The notes below the pieces were generated by a model that was not told where the DNA came from, made no database searches, and saw only the letters and a program-made list of their open reading frames with translations. Source: an uncultured Planctomycetaceae bacterium (lineage in GTDB: Bacteria; Planctomycetota; Planctomycetia; Planctomycetales; Planctomycetaceae). From it: a DNA stretch of 64,000 bases. This document shows positions 21,075 to 30,307 of the stretch, piece by piece (position 1 is the stretch's first letter; every line of letters starts with the position of its first letter). Where the stretch lies: assembly GCA_963976765.1 (NCBI GenBank), contig CAXBME010000010.1, positions 1-64,000 on the forward strand, in the 5' to 3' direction. The translations under genes and the position numbers were made by a program.

Positions 21075-21737
21075 TCAATTTCGTTGGCGGCGTCGAGTTC
21101 GTTCGATGCGGATCCGGCATCCAATCGGGACCGTCTCGCGAACTTCCGGCAGCATGCCGGCCAGCGCGGCGGCGACAGCTTCATCAACATAGCGGCGTTT
21201 GACCTTGTCGGCGTTCGGGCTGTCGTCCATCGCCCCCATGTAGACAACCTTTCGATCTTTGTTCAGCACAAAGAATTCTGGAGTGAACCCGGCTCCGTAG
21301 TCTTTGGCAATCTGCTGCGTTTCGTCGAACAGGTACGGAAACCTGAACCCTTTCGCCTCGGCCTTTTCTTTCATCTTCAGAGGCAGGTCTTCGTCGACCT
21401 TGTTCACGTTGACCGCGACGAGCGAAACCCTGCTGTCCTTCCCTGAGTACTTTTTCGCCAACTCGACCAGCCGATTTTCGTAGTCGACGGCGTACGGACA
21501 ACTGTTGCAGATAAAGGCCAGAACGACGACCTCCCTCTGCTTAAGATCGCTCAGCGAGTACTTCTTCCCGTCAACGCCCGGCAGATCCTTCCACTCCGGA
21601 ACCTTGTCGCCGATGCTGAGTACAGGGTTGTACTCACCCGAAACGGCAGGCTGAGAAAAACCGCCGCCCACCGTGACAACAGTGGCCAGAAAGCAAAGAA
21701 CCTGAATTCGGACGAAGCAGTTGAGCAAATCAGACAT
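21075..21737 (-). CDS. Secreted thioredoxin-fold protein (AhpC/TSA/redoxin family)
   Basis: CNSCPY CxxC motif, FPYLFDETQ, TPEFFV, YMGAMDD and GCRI; signal peptide. Confidence 0.9.
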   Translation of the reverse strand: MSDLLNCFVRIQVLCFLATVVTVGGGFSQPAVSGEYNPVLSIGDKVPEWKDLPGVDGKKYSLSDLKQREVVVLAFICNSCPYAVDYENRLVELAKKYSGKDSRVSLVAVNVNKVDEDLPLKMKEKAEAKGFRFPYLFDETQQIAKDYGAGFTPEFFVLNKDRKVVYMGAMDDSPNADKVKRRYVDEAVAAALAGMLPEVRETVPIGCRIRIERTRRRQRN

Positions 21738-21945
21738 TCAGAGTTCTCACTATTGAAATCGCTGATCGAGCGAGGTTAGAGACGATGTTCAGGTTCCGAA
21801 GCGGCGATTAGAGTCCCCCCCTAATCACAGATTCTGTCATCCATACGGATCCGGGCCACCAATCATGAATCTGATTCGCCAGTGTCCGCAACCGATTTGC
21901 GAATCTCGCTGTGAACAGGTGCGTCGATAATCGACTCAAAGGAAA

Positions 21946-22533
21946 ATGACATTCATGAGCACTGCTCGAATTCTGGCTTTTGCCGGAAGCACTCGCCAGG
22001 CATCGTTTAATAAGAAGCTCGTCGCAGCTGCCGCAAAGTCGGCTCGAGCAGCCGGAGCCGAAGTCACATTGATCGACCTCGCCGACTTCTCGCTTCCGCT
22101 GTTTGACGAGGACTACGAAGCCGAGCACGGCATGCCCGAAAACGCAGCGAAGCTGAAGCAACTCTTCATTGAGCACAACGCTTTGCTCATTGCATCGCCC
22201 GAGTACAACAGCTCGGTCAGCGCCGTGCTCAAGAATGCCATCGACTGGATTTCCCGCCGAGCCGAGGGCGAACCTATGAAAGCGGCGTTTCTTGGAAAAA
22301 CTGCGGCGATCATGGCAGCATCGCCTGGTGGCCTCGGCGGAATCCGCGGGCTGGTTCATCTGAGATCGATCCTTCAGAACATCGGCGTGCTGGTGATGCC
22401 CGACCAGATCACACTCTCAGAAGCGCACTCAGCGTTCGGCGATGACGGATCGCTGAGCAACGAACGCAAACAGGCGAGCGTCGATGCCCTTGCCGAAGAA
22501 CTCGTCGAGACCGTTCAGAAGCTGCACGCATAA
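21946..22533 (+). CDS. NADPH-dependent FMN reductase
   Basis: AGSTRQASFN, SPEYNSS, LKNAIDW and SPGGLGG motifs; start is ATG 21946 or 21955. Confidence 0.92.
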   Translation: MTFMSTARILAFAGSTRQASFNKKLVAAAAKSARAAGAEVTLIDLADFSLPLFDEDYEAEHGMPENAAKLKQLFIEHNALLIASPEYNSSVSAVLKNAIDWISRRAEGEPMKAAFLGKTAAIMAASPGGLGGIRGLVHLRSILQNIGVLVMPDQITLSEAHSAFGDDGSLSNERKQASVDALAEELVETVQKLHA

Positions 22534-22666
22534 ACCGTCAAGGTACTTCTCTTAAATTTTGCCACTGATATCACAGAGTCCGCAGAGAACTATCCTCACG
22601 AACAACTCCATGGCCTCTGTGGCTGATTTCGTCACTCTTCACTGACAACCGCCTGACCGAAACTTC

Positions 22667-23473
22667 ATGCTCACTCAATTTGCCATTCGACTGATCTGCG
22701 GGATGAGCCTGGTGTGGTGTGTCATGCCTCGCTCTGAAGTGACTTCGGGGTTCTTCCGAATTCAGAACCTCGTCACGCTGGGACTATCGGTTCTGGCGTT
22801 CATGGCGATCGGCCCGGCTCCCGTTGCCGAAGGTGCCGAACCCATGCTGTCTGCCGGGGTCGTCCGCTGGATCTCAATCGGTCTGGCGACGATGTCGTTC
22901 CTCGGGTCGGTCATGTGGACACTCGAACGCCGCGCAGCGGGCACGCGATTCGCCTTCGGTATTGCCGCGGTGTCGCTGGTCACGGTTATTCTGAGCAGCG
23001 TCCCGAGCGACGGATTTCTGACGCTCAAAGGAAACCTGACCTGGCTGACCGAACTGGCGGTCGCTGCCGTTTCCGGAGCCACCGTCGGAGGGATGTTGCT
23101 CGGACACTGGTATCTGACCACGCCAACGATGTCGACCACGCCACTAAACCGAGTCAACTGGTTTCTCGCATGTGTTGCTGGTAACCGTTTGATCTTTGGC
23201 GTGATCGCACTATGGATGTTCTGGCCGTTCGGTACGGAAGGGGCGATCGCAGCCAGAGCGACCAGCTGGACATCGACCCACACCGTCTGGCTGTTGCTGG
23301 AATGGCTGGGCGGCATTCTAGGACCGCTGGCGGTATCTTTTATGGTCGTCCGAATTCTCAGGTACAAAAACACGCAATCGGCGACCGGCGTTCTGTTTGT
23401 CGGAGTCATTCTGGCGTTTATCGGCGAGATGACCGGCGCGCTGCTTCGTCACGAACTGCAACTGCCACTTTAA
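22667..23473 (+). CDS. Conserved multi-pass membrane protein (about 7-8 TM)
   Basis: Multiple hydrophobic helices with MLLGHWYL and NTQSATG motifs. Confidence 0.8.
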   Translation: MLTQFAIRLICGMSLVWCVMPRSEVTSGFFRIQNLVTLGLSVLAFMAIGPAPVAEGAEPMLSAGVVRWISIGLATMSFLGSVMWTLERRAAGTRFAFGIAAVSLVTVILSSVPSDGFLTLKGNLTWLTELAVAAVSGATVGGMLLGHWYLTTPTMSTTPLNRVNWFLACVAGNRLIFGVIALWMFWPFGTEGAIAARATSWTSTHTVWLLLEWLGGILGPLAVSFMVVRILRYKNTQSATGVLFVGVILAFIGEMTGALLRHELQLPL

Positions 23474-23484
23474 TCACGTTGACC

Positions 23485-23543
23485 GTAGGGTGGGTACCAC
23501 CCACCACGGCATTGTTAATTCTGGTGGGCAGTGCCCATCCTGC
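23485..23543. repeat. REP doublet (REPIN-like), copy 3
   Basis: GTAGGGTGGGTACCACCCACCA ... CTGGTGGGCAGTGCCCATCCTGC. Confidence 0.85.
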
Positions 23544-23600
23544 CTCTTTCTGACATCCGACGGCTCAACACTGAGCAACTTCGAAACGAGTTCCGGAAAC

Positions 23601-24071
23601 ATGCAGCTCATCTATCAATGTCCGAAGTGTGACGCGCCGAATATCGAAGTCGTCTCGGCTGAAACCAGCAGGCTTGCCTGTTCCTCTCAGGACTGGTCAC
23701 GAGAGATCACAACCGCAGACATCGAAGACGATCGCCCCAAACACTGCCTGTGTTGTGGCAACGAAGACCTCTGGCGACAGAAAGATTTTCCGCAGGCTCT
23801 GGGCCTGCTGATGGTTATCACTGGCGGCGGCCTCAGCACGATTGCCTGGTGGTACGTCGAGCCAGTCTGGGCGTTAGGTATTCTGCTCGTCTTCGCCGCG
23901 ATCGACATGGTTCTTTACGCAGTGATGAGCGACGTCCTGGTCTGTTACCGCTGCAGCGCCCGGCACCGCAAAGCCAATATCCACGACGATCACCCACGGT
24001 TCAACCTGGAACTCAACGAACGCTACCGTCAGGAAGAAATCCGTCTGGCCGAAACTCAAAAATCGTCCTGA
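23601..24071 (+). CDS. Cys-rich (zinc-ribbon-like) two-TM membrane protein
   Basis: CPKC, CLCC, QKDFPQ, two TM helices and CYRC; start set at ATG 23601 (the ORF-track extension runs through the REP). Confidence 0.8.
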   Translation: MQLIYQCPKCDAPNIEVVSAETSRLACSSQDWSREITTADIEDDRPKHCLCCGNEDLWRQKDFPQALGLLMVITGGGLSTIAWWYVEPVWALGILLVFAAIDMVLYAVMSDVLVCYRCSARHRKANIHDDHPRFNLELNERYRQEEIRLAETQKSS

Positions 24072-24091
24072 TCCATCGGCGAGGATGTTGG

Positions 24092-24373
24092 ATGTCAGCT
24101 CCTGTTCCAATTCAGATTCCGGCGACGCTAAGATCGGAGTGCGGTGGACGGTCGCAGTTGATCGTGTCTGCAGCGACGGTCGGCGAAGCTCTGCAACAAC
24201 TGGAGCAGAATCACCCAGCCGTTTACCGAAGCACCTGCGACGAAACCGGAGCTGTGCGGCGACACATTCATCTTTTTGTAAACAACGATCTGCTCAAAGG
24301 CGATAACAGTTTCGAAACACCGCTGGACTCCGGCGACACCCTTTTCATCATGCCCGCGGTTTCGGGAGGCTGA
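24092..24373 (+). CDS. MoaD/ThiS family ubiquitin-like protein
   Basis: Beta-grasp pattern IQIPATLR...ATVGEAL...HIHLFVN...LFIMPAVSGG with C-terminal diglycine; GAGG RBS before ATG 24092. Confidence 0.9.
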   Translation: MSAPVPIQIPATLRSECGGRSQLIVSAATVGEALQQLEQNHPAVYRSTCDETGAVRRHIHLFVNNDLLKGDNSFETPLDSGDTLFIMPAVSGG

Positions 24374-24484
24374 ACCATCTTGATGGTTTTTCCGCAGGAG
24401 CTGGAACGCTGAAAGGTCTTTGTCTTTGTTTCCCCGGTGGTCTTCCTGCAGGACACCGAAATCTAATTCAGAGGTGACCTGAAC

Positions 24485-25579
24485 ATGGCTGAGCGACTCA
24501 TCCTTTGCATCGGAACAAAAAAAGGTCTGTTCATCGCCGAGTCCGCAAAGACTCGCCGCAAGTTTGAACTGCGAGGCCCCTTCCGACCGGGTGTCGGCGT
24601 TTACTCGGCTCTGATCGATCAACGCGGCGCGAAGCCAACGATCTTCGCTTCAAGCTGCTGTCCGTTCTTCGGCATGAAAATCCTCCGCTCGACAGACCTC
24701 GGCCAGACGTTCAAAGAAACGAAGTCGGCTCCCGCTTTTCCGAAAGACGACGGGCGAGCACTGGCAAATATCTGGTCGCTCGAACCCGGCAGCGGCAAAC
24801 GCGATCTACTTTGCGGAGTTGAACCGGCGTCGCTGTTCCGCAGTAAGGACGGCGGCAATTCCTGGGAACTGGTCCCCGGCATCAGCAACCACGAACACGC
24901 CAGACAGTGGCATCCGGGCAACGGCGGTTTGTGCATGCACACGATCGTTCGGGAAGGCAACCGGGTTCATCTTGGAATCTCAACCGGCGGGCATTATCTC
25001 AGCGAAGATGGCGGCAAGACCTTCAACGCTTCTAATAATGGCGTCGGCGCTGGCTTCGTTCCGGACCCTTATCCCGAGTTCGGTCAATGCGTTCACAAAA
25101 TCGCCACTCACCCCGACGCTCCTGGCCGGCTTTACATGCAGAACCACGGTGGCTGGGAAGATCGGCCCGGCATCGGAGTCCTCCGCAGCGACGATCACGG
25201 TCACACCTGGCGATCCATCGCTGCCGGTTTGCCGTCCGACTTCGGCTTCCCTATCGTCGTCCATCCTCACGATCCGGACACTGTTTACGTCGTCCCGCTG
25301 GACCCTGCCACTCGCACCTGCCCCGACAACAAACCAGCCGTCTGGCGCAGCAACAACGGCGGCGACAAATGGCAACGCCTGTCAAAAGGTTTTCCAAAGA
25401 AAGAGAGCTACTTCACGATCCTCCGCGACGCGATGACGATCGACAATCTGAAATCGCCATCCCTCTACTTCGGTACAACCACTGGCCAACTCTGGATCGG
25501 TCGCGAAAGCGGAGACCAATGGGACTGCCTGTTCGACTCCCTCCCGCCCATCAACTGCGTCAAAGTCGCTGTCGTATGA
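24485..25579 (+). CDS. BNR/Asp-box (sialidase-like) beta-propeller protein
   Basis: Asp-box repeats (STDLGQTF, SKDGGNSW, SEDGGKTF, SDDHGHTW, SNNGGDKW); GTKKGLF and GQCVHKI motifs; no signal peptide. Confidence 0.9.
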   Translation: MAERLILCIGTKKGLFIAESAKTRRKFELRGPFRPGVGVYSALIDQRGAKPTIFASSCCPFFGMKILRSTDLGQTFKETKSAPAFPKDDGRALANIWSLEPGSGKRDLLCGVEPASLFRSKDGGNSWELVPGISNHEHARQWHPGNGGLCMHTIVREGNRVHLGISTGGHYLSEDGGKTFNASNNGVGAGFVPDPYPEFGQCVHKIATHPDAPGRLYMQNHGGWEDRPGIGVLRSDDHGHTWRSIAAGLPSDFGFPIVVHPHDPDTVYVVPLDPATRTCPDNKPAVWRSNNGGDKWQRLSKGFPKKESYFTILRDAMTIDNLKSPSLYFGTTTGQLWIGRESGDQWDCLFDSLPPINCVKVAVV

Positions 25580-25833
25580 TTCCTTAAGATGTGACAAGCA
25601 GCCGGAATGGCATTGCGGTGTGCCGAGGCGGAGGCTCCGTGAGCGATCCTGCCAGGACACGGCGACGATAATTAAGTCCTTGTCGACATCAAGTTCCAGG
25701 GAACGCACTTTCGAACTAACCAGTCGACGACGCAGCGATTGGCTGTTCGAACCGAACGCTGGTACGATGGATCGAGCAACGCGGCGTTGAGCCGCATTTC
25801 TGGCGACTGTGATTTCATGAGGAGTTTTCAACG

Positions 25834-26127
25834 ATGCCGCTCTACGTTTACCAGGTAATTCGCGAGGACGGACAACCCGGCGAACGATTCGAGATCATGC
25901 AGGGCATTCGAGACGCCGCCTTGACTGAGCACCCGGAAACCGGCGAACCCGTCAAGCGAGTCGTCGTCGCGCCGTTTGTCGCTGGCAGCCACTCGCAGAC
26001 AGCGATCGAGCGAAAACTGAAAGACCCGCACCAGCTCGAAAACATGGGCTTCACGCGGTACGAAAAACAGGGCAGCACCTACGTCAAAACCGCCGGCAAA
26101 GGCCCCGATCAGATCCAACGTGATTAG
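25834..26127 (+). CDS. FmdB-family (zinc-ribbon-like) small protein, Cys-less variant
   Basis: MPLYVY...FEIMQ...LTEHPETGEPVKRV pattern of the FmdB family; GAGGAG RBS. Confidence 0.8.
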   Translation: MPLYVYQVIREDGQPGERFEIMQGIRDAALTEHPETGEPVKRVVVAPFVAGSHSQTAIERKLKDPHQLENMGFTRYEKQGSTYVKTAGKGPDQIQRD

Positions 26128-26139
26128 CCAGGCCATCCC

Positions 26140-26409
26140 TTAGAATTGTGACTCGCTGGTCAGTACTTTTCCGATTGCGGCAGCCGCTGCCCCACCGACG
26201 ATCATCATTAACGCAGCCAAACGCTTGTCGGACCGAGCCTTTGGAGTCTCAATTTGAGTCATTTCCAAAGTTGCTGAGTCAATTTCTGTTAGCGGTGCGA
26301 ACCTGATCTGACTTCGCCAGACGACTCCGACAACAGCCACTGTTATGCCGATGGCAACAAGGCATTGGCCAGTTTTGCGATACCGATTCTGACGGTCTTC
26401 ATGGCTCAT
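26140..26409 (-). CDS. Small two-TM hypothetical protein
   Basis: 89-aa ORF with two hydrophobic helices; its start overlaps the stop of the upstream FHA gene. Confidence 0.55.
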   Translation of the reverse strand: MSHEDRQNRYRKTGQCLVAIGITVAVVGVVWRSQIRFAPLTEIDSATLEMTQIETPKARSDKRLAALMMIVGGAAAAAIGKVLTSESQF

Positions 26410-27967
26410 TCGAGATTCTCGATTCTTGGGTCAGTTCGATCAACAGTTCGTTGGGACCATCTTCGGTGATCTCTTTCGAAAGGTCGCTTGTCAGGATGGA
26501 CTGGTATTTAAACGGGATTGTCGAGGCGGGAAACTGGATAGCCTCTTCGTCTGATTCCTTTGCCGATCGATCTGGTCGGTAACCGGGGTCACCCTCGCCT
26601 GTCAGACTTTTCCCGTCGCGGCTGCCGCCGTTACTGGCTTGCGGAGAATGGCGTTGGGTTTCACTGGCGACTTCGGGTGACTCAGGATTCTGAGGAATGA
26701 CCGCGATGCTGTACGTGCCCGGCTGCATGCCACCTTTCAGTGTGATGACTTCAAACGTGCCGTCAGATCCGGCGATGGCACTGGCTCCGAATCCGTTCTC
26801 CAGATTAGTGAACGAGATCGTTGCATTGGCGAGCGGTTTTCCGTTCAGAGTAACCCGCCCGGAAACCTCTGCTCCTTCGTAGGAAGGGAGCATCATCAGG
26901 ACGGCGATGGCCAGCCCGGCAACGACCGTTACGACGATCAGCCAGCTCTTCAGAAGCGGCACACGACCAAGAACAGGCTCGAGCACCGAGTCATAAATGA
27001 CGTCGAGCATCGTGTCCGATCGGCCAATTTTCGGTGTCGGCAGCGGCTGGTAAGGAGCCGGTCTAACGGCAACCCTTACAGGCGGTGGATCGGGTAGTGA
27101 TCGAGCAACCGGCAGCGGTGGCAAAATGGTTTCCGTCTGACCAGGGAGCGATGGCTCAAGTGGTGCAACACGGGCTTCGTGTTCGGCTGGTGCATCGCCT
27201 GGACGCCACTCGTTTTTGTTTTCGTTGTCGTTGTCGGATTCGTCGCCAGTTTCCAGGTCAACAATCCTCGATTCAACGTCGATTTCCTCGCGATCGTCGA
27301 TTGATGATTCCTCGGAGTCTTCGAGTGCCTGAAACTTTCCGGTCCACGACTGGTCGTCCTTGCCACCTTGCTCAGCCATTTTCCCATCGACAAATTTGCC
27401 GACCGGCTGAGCAGCAATGACGGGTAACGTTGCTGGTGCCGCCGGATTCTCAATTGGCTTCGCACCATTCGAGTCCGTATCAAACAGGCCGTCCGTCGTA
27501 GCCGCCGATCGCCACTGACGTTGCCTGCTCCAGCGAACTTCGTCGGACTCGGTCAGCTCACCTCGCTGAGCCATAAGCGAGAGTTCGGCCCAGGGCATCG
27601 GACCAAGCTCCATGCCGGCCAGACGAACGAACCAGTCGTTGCTGCAGGACAACTGCGAAGCATTCGGATGTCGTGGGTCACCTTCCATTAACACGCGAAA
27701 CTTCAAGCGGGCAATCTCGAAAACGTCACCGTCGTACAGCACGCCTTCGTCTCGTTTTTGACCGTTAATGCGGATTCCGTTTCGGCCGCGGTTACGGACT
27801 CGCAGACAATTCTCGTCGACCTCGATCTCGCAATGCACGGCGGAGATCGATCGATCATCAATGCGAACATCGGATCGCCGCCGCGAACGCCCCACAACGA
27901 TCGCGGGTCGATCGATGACGATGTTCCTGCAGTCGTCGTCGGCAATAAGAATGGGGACAGTGGACAT
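26399..27967 (-). CDS. FHA + GYF_2-like + TM + carboxypeptidase-regulatory-like domain protein
   Basis: FHA (VGRSRR...SISAVHC...RNGIRING), GYF_2-like (WFVRLAGMELGPMP), acidic/Pro-rich linker, TM, then VSGRVTLNGKPL...GTYSIAV...IPFKY. Confidence 0.8.
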   Translation of the reverse strand: MSTVPILIADDDCRNIVIDRPAIVVGRSRRRSDVRIDDRSISAVHCEIEVDENCLRVRNRGRNGIRINGQKRDEGVLYDGDVFEIARLKFRVLMEGDPRHPNASQLSCSNDWFVRLAGMELGPMPWAELSLMAQRGELTESDEVRWSRQRQWRSAATTDGLFDTDSNGAKPIENPAAPATLPVIAAQPVGKFVDGKMAEQGGKDDQSWTGKFQALEDSEESSIDDREEIDVESRIVDLETGDESDNDNENKNEWRPGDAPAEHEARVAPLEPSLPGQTETILPPLPVARSLPDPPPVRVAVRPAPYQPLPTPKIGRSDTMLDVIYDSVLEPVLGRVPLLKSWLIVVTVVAGLAIAVLMMLPSYEGAEVSGRVTLNGKPLANATISFTNLENGFGASAIAGSDGTFEVITLKGGMQPGTYSIAVIPQNPESPEVASETQRHSPQASNGGSRDGKSLTGEGDPGYRPDRSAKESDEEAIQFPASTIPFKYQSILTSDLSKEITEDGPNELLIELTQESRISNEP

Positions 27968-28376
27968 TGCAAAGGCCCGCAAATGGCTGAACGTGCCGAA
28001 ACGTGAATCGCCCATCATCAGCAAATGCAAGGTGCATCACAACCGGCAAAATGTCTGAAACCAGGCAGCAGTTGCACGGTGACAATCGGTTCTGCCGGCT
28101 GGCAGACGCAATTATCGCCCGACTGTTGCCCGTCAAATTCACGGTGAAAGACTACATTTCGGTAAGCTGGCCTGTGAATCTGCAAATCCCGGCGTCCTGA
28201 AGGTCACGGTTTCGAACCATTTCCTGTTGCAGCCTGTCATTGCCAAACTTCCCACCAGCGGTTTGAGTTTTTGAGGCGGCTCCGTTTTACTACCGCCCTC
28301 TTCGCCGCAGACGCTCGGCGTTTTCACTGTTAATTCCGGACTTCGTCCCAAACATACTCTGCAAGGACTTTTGACC

Positions 28377-29615
28377 ATGGTTCAGGTCAACGACAACTTT
28401 CTGAAACTCAAGGCTGGATACCTGTTCCCTGAGATCGGTCGCCGCGTTAAAGCTTTCTGCGAAGCCAATCCGGACGCTGCCAGCCGAGTCATCAAACTCG
28501 GGATCGGTGACGTGACCGAACCACTGCCGCCAGCCATCGTCGAAGCCATTCATAAAGCGACGGACGAACTCGCTGACCGAACATCCTTCCGAGGCTACGG
28601 GCCGGAGCAGGGGTACGACTTCCTCCGCAACGCGATCTGCGACAACGATTACAAAGCTCGCGGCTGCGACATCTCAGCCGACGAGATCTTCGTTTCCGAC
28701 GGATCAAAATGCGACACCGGCAACATTCTGGACATCTTCGGAGCCAACAACACCGTTGCGATCACCGATCCCGTCTACCCGGTTTACGTCGACACCAACG
28801 TCATGACAGGCCGCACAGGCGAAGCCGACGCAAACGGTCGTTACGCTGGCCTGGTTTACATTCCCGTCACGGCTGAGAACGATTTCACGCCGTCGCTGCC
28901 CGAAGGCAAAGTCGATCTGATCTACCTTTGCTTTCCGAACAACCCGACGGGAACGGTCGCCTCGAAAGAAACGCTCAAGCAGTGGGTCGACTACGCCAGA
29001 GCAAACGATTCGATCATTCTGTTCGACGCTGCTTATGAAGCCTTCATCACCGATCCGGAAATTCCACACTCGATCTACGAAGTGGAAGGTGCTCGTGACG
29101 TCGCCATCGAATTTCGCAGCTTCAGCAAGAACGCTGGCTTCACCGGAACGCGATGCGCCTTCACCGTTGTGCCAAAGAGTCTCAAAGGTACGACAGGCAG
29201 CGGCGAGACCGTCGACATTCATCCGCTGTGGAACCGTCGTCACTGCACGAAGTTCAACGGCGTGTCGTATCCGATCCAACGCGGAGCTGAAGCGGCATAC
29301 AGCGAAGCGGGCAAGCAGCAGATCGGCGAACTGGTCGGCTTCTACCTGGAGAATGCTCGACTGTTGCGTGAAGGTCTGACGAAAGTCGGCATCGAAGTTT
29401 ACGGCGGTGTCAACGCCCCTTACGTCTGGCTGAAAACTCCGGGCGGAGCGACCAGCTGGGAATTCTTCGACACACTGCTTGAAAAGGGTAACCTGGTCGG
29501 AACACCTGGCAGCGGCTTCGGAGCGGCTGGCGAAGGCTACTTCCGACTCAGCGCGTTCAACAGCCGAACCAACGTTGAAGAGGCTGTCGAACGATTCACG
29601 CAGTCACTCGGCTGA
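28377..29615 (+). CDS. dapL: LL-diaminopimelate aminotransferase
   Basis: YLFPEI, LGIGDVT, GYGPEQG, SDGSKCD, DPVYPVY, PNNPTG and [13 protein letters not shown] (PLP lysine). Confidence 0.95.
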   Translation: MVQVNDNFLKLKAGYLFPEIGRRVKAFCEANPDAASRVIKLGIGDVTEPLPPAIVEAIHKATDELADRTSFRGYGPEQGYDFLRNAICDNDYKARGCDISADEIFVSDGSKCDTGNILDIFGANNTVAITDPVYPVYVDTNVMTGRTGEADANGRYAGLVYIPVTAENDFTPSLPEGKVDLIYLCFPNNPTGTVASKETLKQWVDYARANDSIILFDAAYEAFITDPEIPHSIYEVEGARDVAIEFRSFSKNAGFTGTRCAFTVVPKSLKGTTGSGETVDIHPLWNRRHCTKFNGVSYPIQRGAEAAYSEAGKQQIGELVGFYLENARLLREGLTKVGIEVYGGVNAPYVWLKTPGGATSWEFFDTLLEKGNLVGTPGSGFGAAGEGYFRLSAFNSRTNVEEAVERFTQSLG

Positions 29616-29685
29616 AGAGCGAAAGAATAGAAGCAGTAGGACTGCGGCCCGCGACACTCAATCCCGAACTGGTTCGGAAGCTTTT

Positions 29686-30045
29686 ATGAGCGAAATCTCA
29701 CGCGATATCATCGAGACTTTTGAAAATCCCTATCCGCAACGGGACTTTGAAATCGAGACGATCTGTCCCGAGTTTACGTCGATGTGCCCGAAGACCGGCC
29801 AGCCGGATTTCGGGACGCTGACAATTACCTACGTTGCAGATCAGAAATGTTTCGAGCTGAAATCGCTGAAGTTGTATCTGCAGCAGTTTCGAAACCACGG
29901 TGCGTTCTATGAGAACGTCACGAATCTGATCCTCGACGACCTGGTCGCCGTAACCAGCCCACGATGGATGAAAATCCGAGCTGAATTCACTCCGCGAGGC
30001 GGAATTCGGACCAACGTGACTGTCGAGTATCGCTCGGAAAACTGA
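29686..30045 (+). CDS. queF: NADPH-dependent 7-cyano-7-deazaguanine (preQ0) reductase, short type
   Basis: [14 protein letters not shown] (catalytic Cys), ELKSLKLYL QueF motif and FTPRGGI; ATG 29686. Confidence 0.95.
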   Translation: MSEISRDIIETFENPYPQRDFEIETICPEFTSMCPKTGQPDFGTLTITYVADQKCFELKSLKLYLQQFRNHGAFYENVTNLILDDLVAVTSPRWMKIRAEFTPRGGIRTNVTVEYRSEN

Positions 30046-30307
30046 TCACGCACGTGTGGATGGCTCGGCTACGGCTGTTCGCAGGTCGTTATGCAGAAAC
30101 GACTTCGATATTGTGAGCGGTTGAGCGTTGCTTTCCTTTCAAAAGCCGTTTGCTACGATGCTCAATCAACGGGCTACCGTGGTAAGTGGTGATCGTTGAC
30201 TGCGCAGGCGGTACTGCGGGCCTGGTCAGCCTGAAGTGACTGGTCCTTCGTGTGTTGTCGTTTGTGCCGCGGGCTGGCATCGGAGTGGGGTCGCAGGAGT
30301 CTCCGGG

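Noticed and set aside
23750..24091. N-terminal extension of the MoaD/ThiS ORF in the track (207 aa)
   Set aside because: It overlaps the upstream zinc-ribbon gene in another frame; the RBS and fold support ATG 24092
29616..29685. Possible preQ1 riboswitch upstream of queF
   Set aside because: No preQ1 stem-loop plus A-rich tail; the gap is short and queF appears co-transcribed with dapL
30120..30307. Extended -10-like TGCTACGAT and possible structured leader (TCAACG...CGTTGA, ops-like GGCGGTAC) before the SDR gene
   Set aside because: Matches are short and imperfect and could easily be chance
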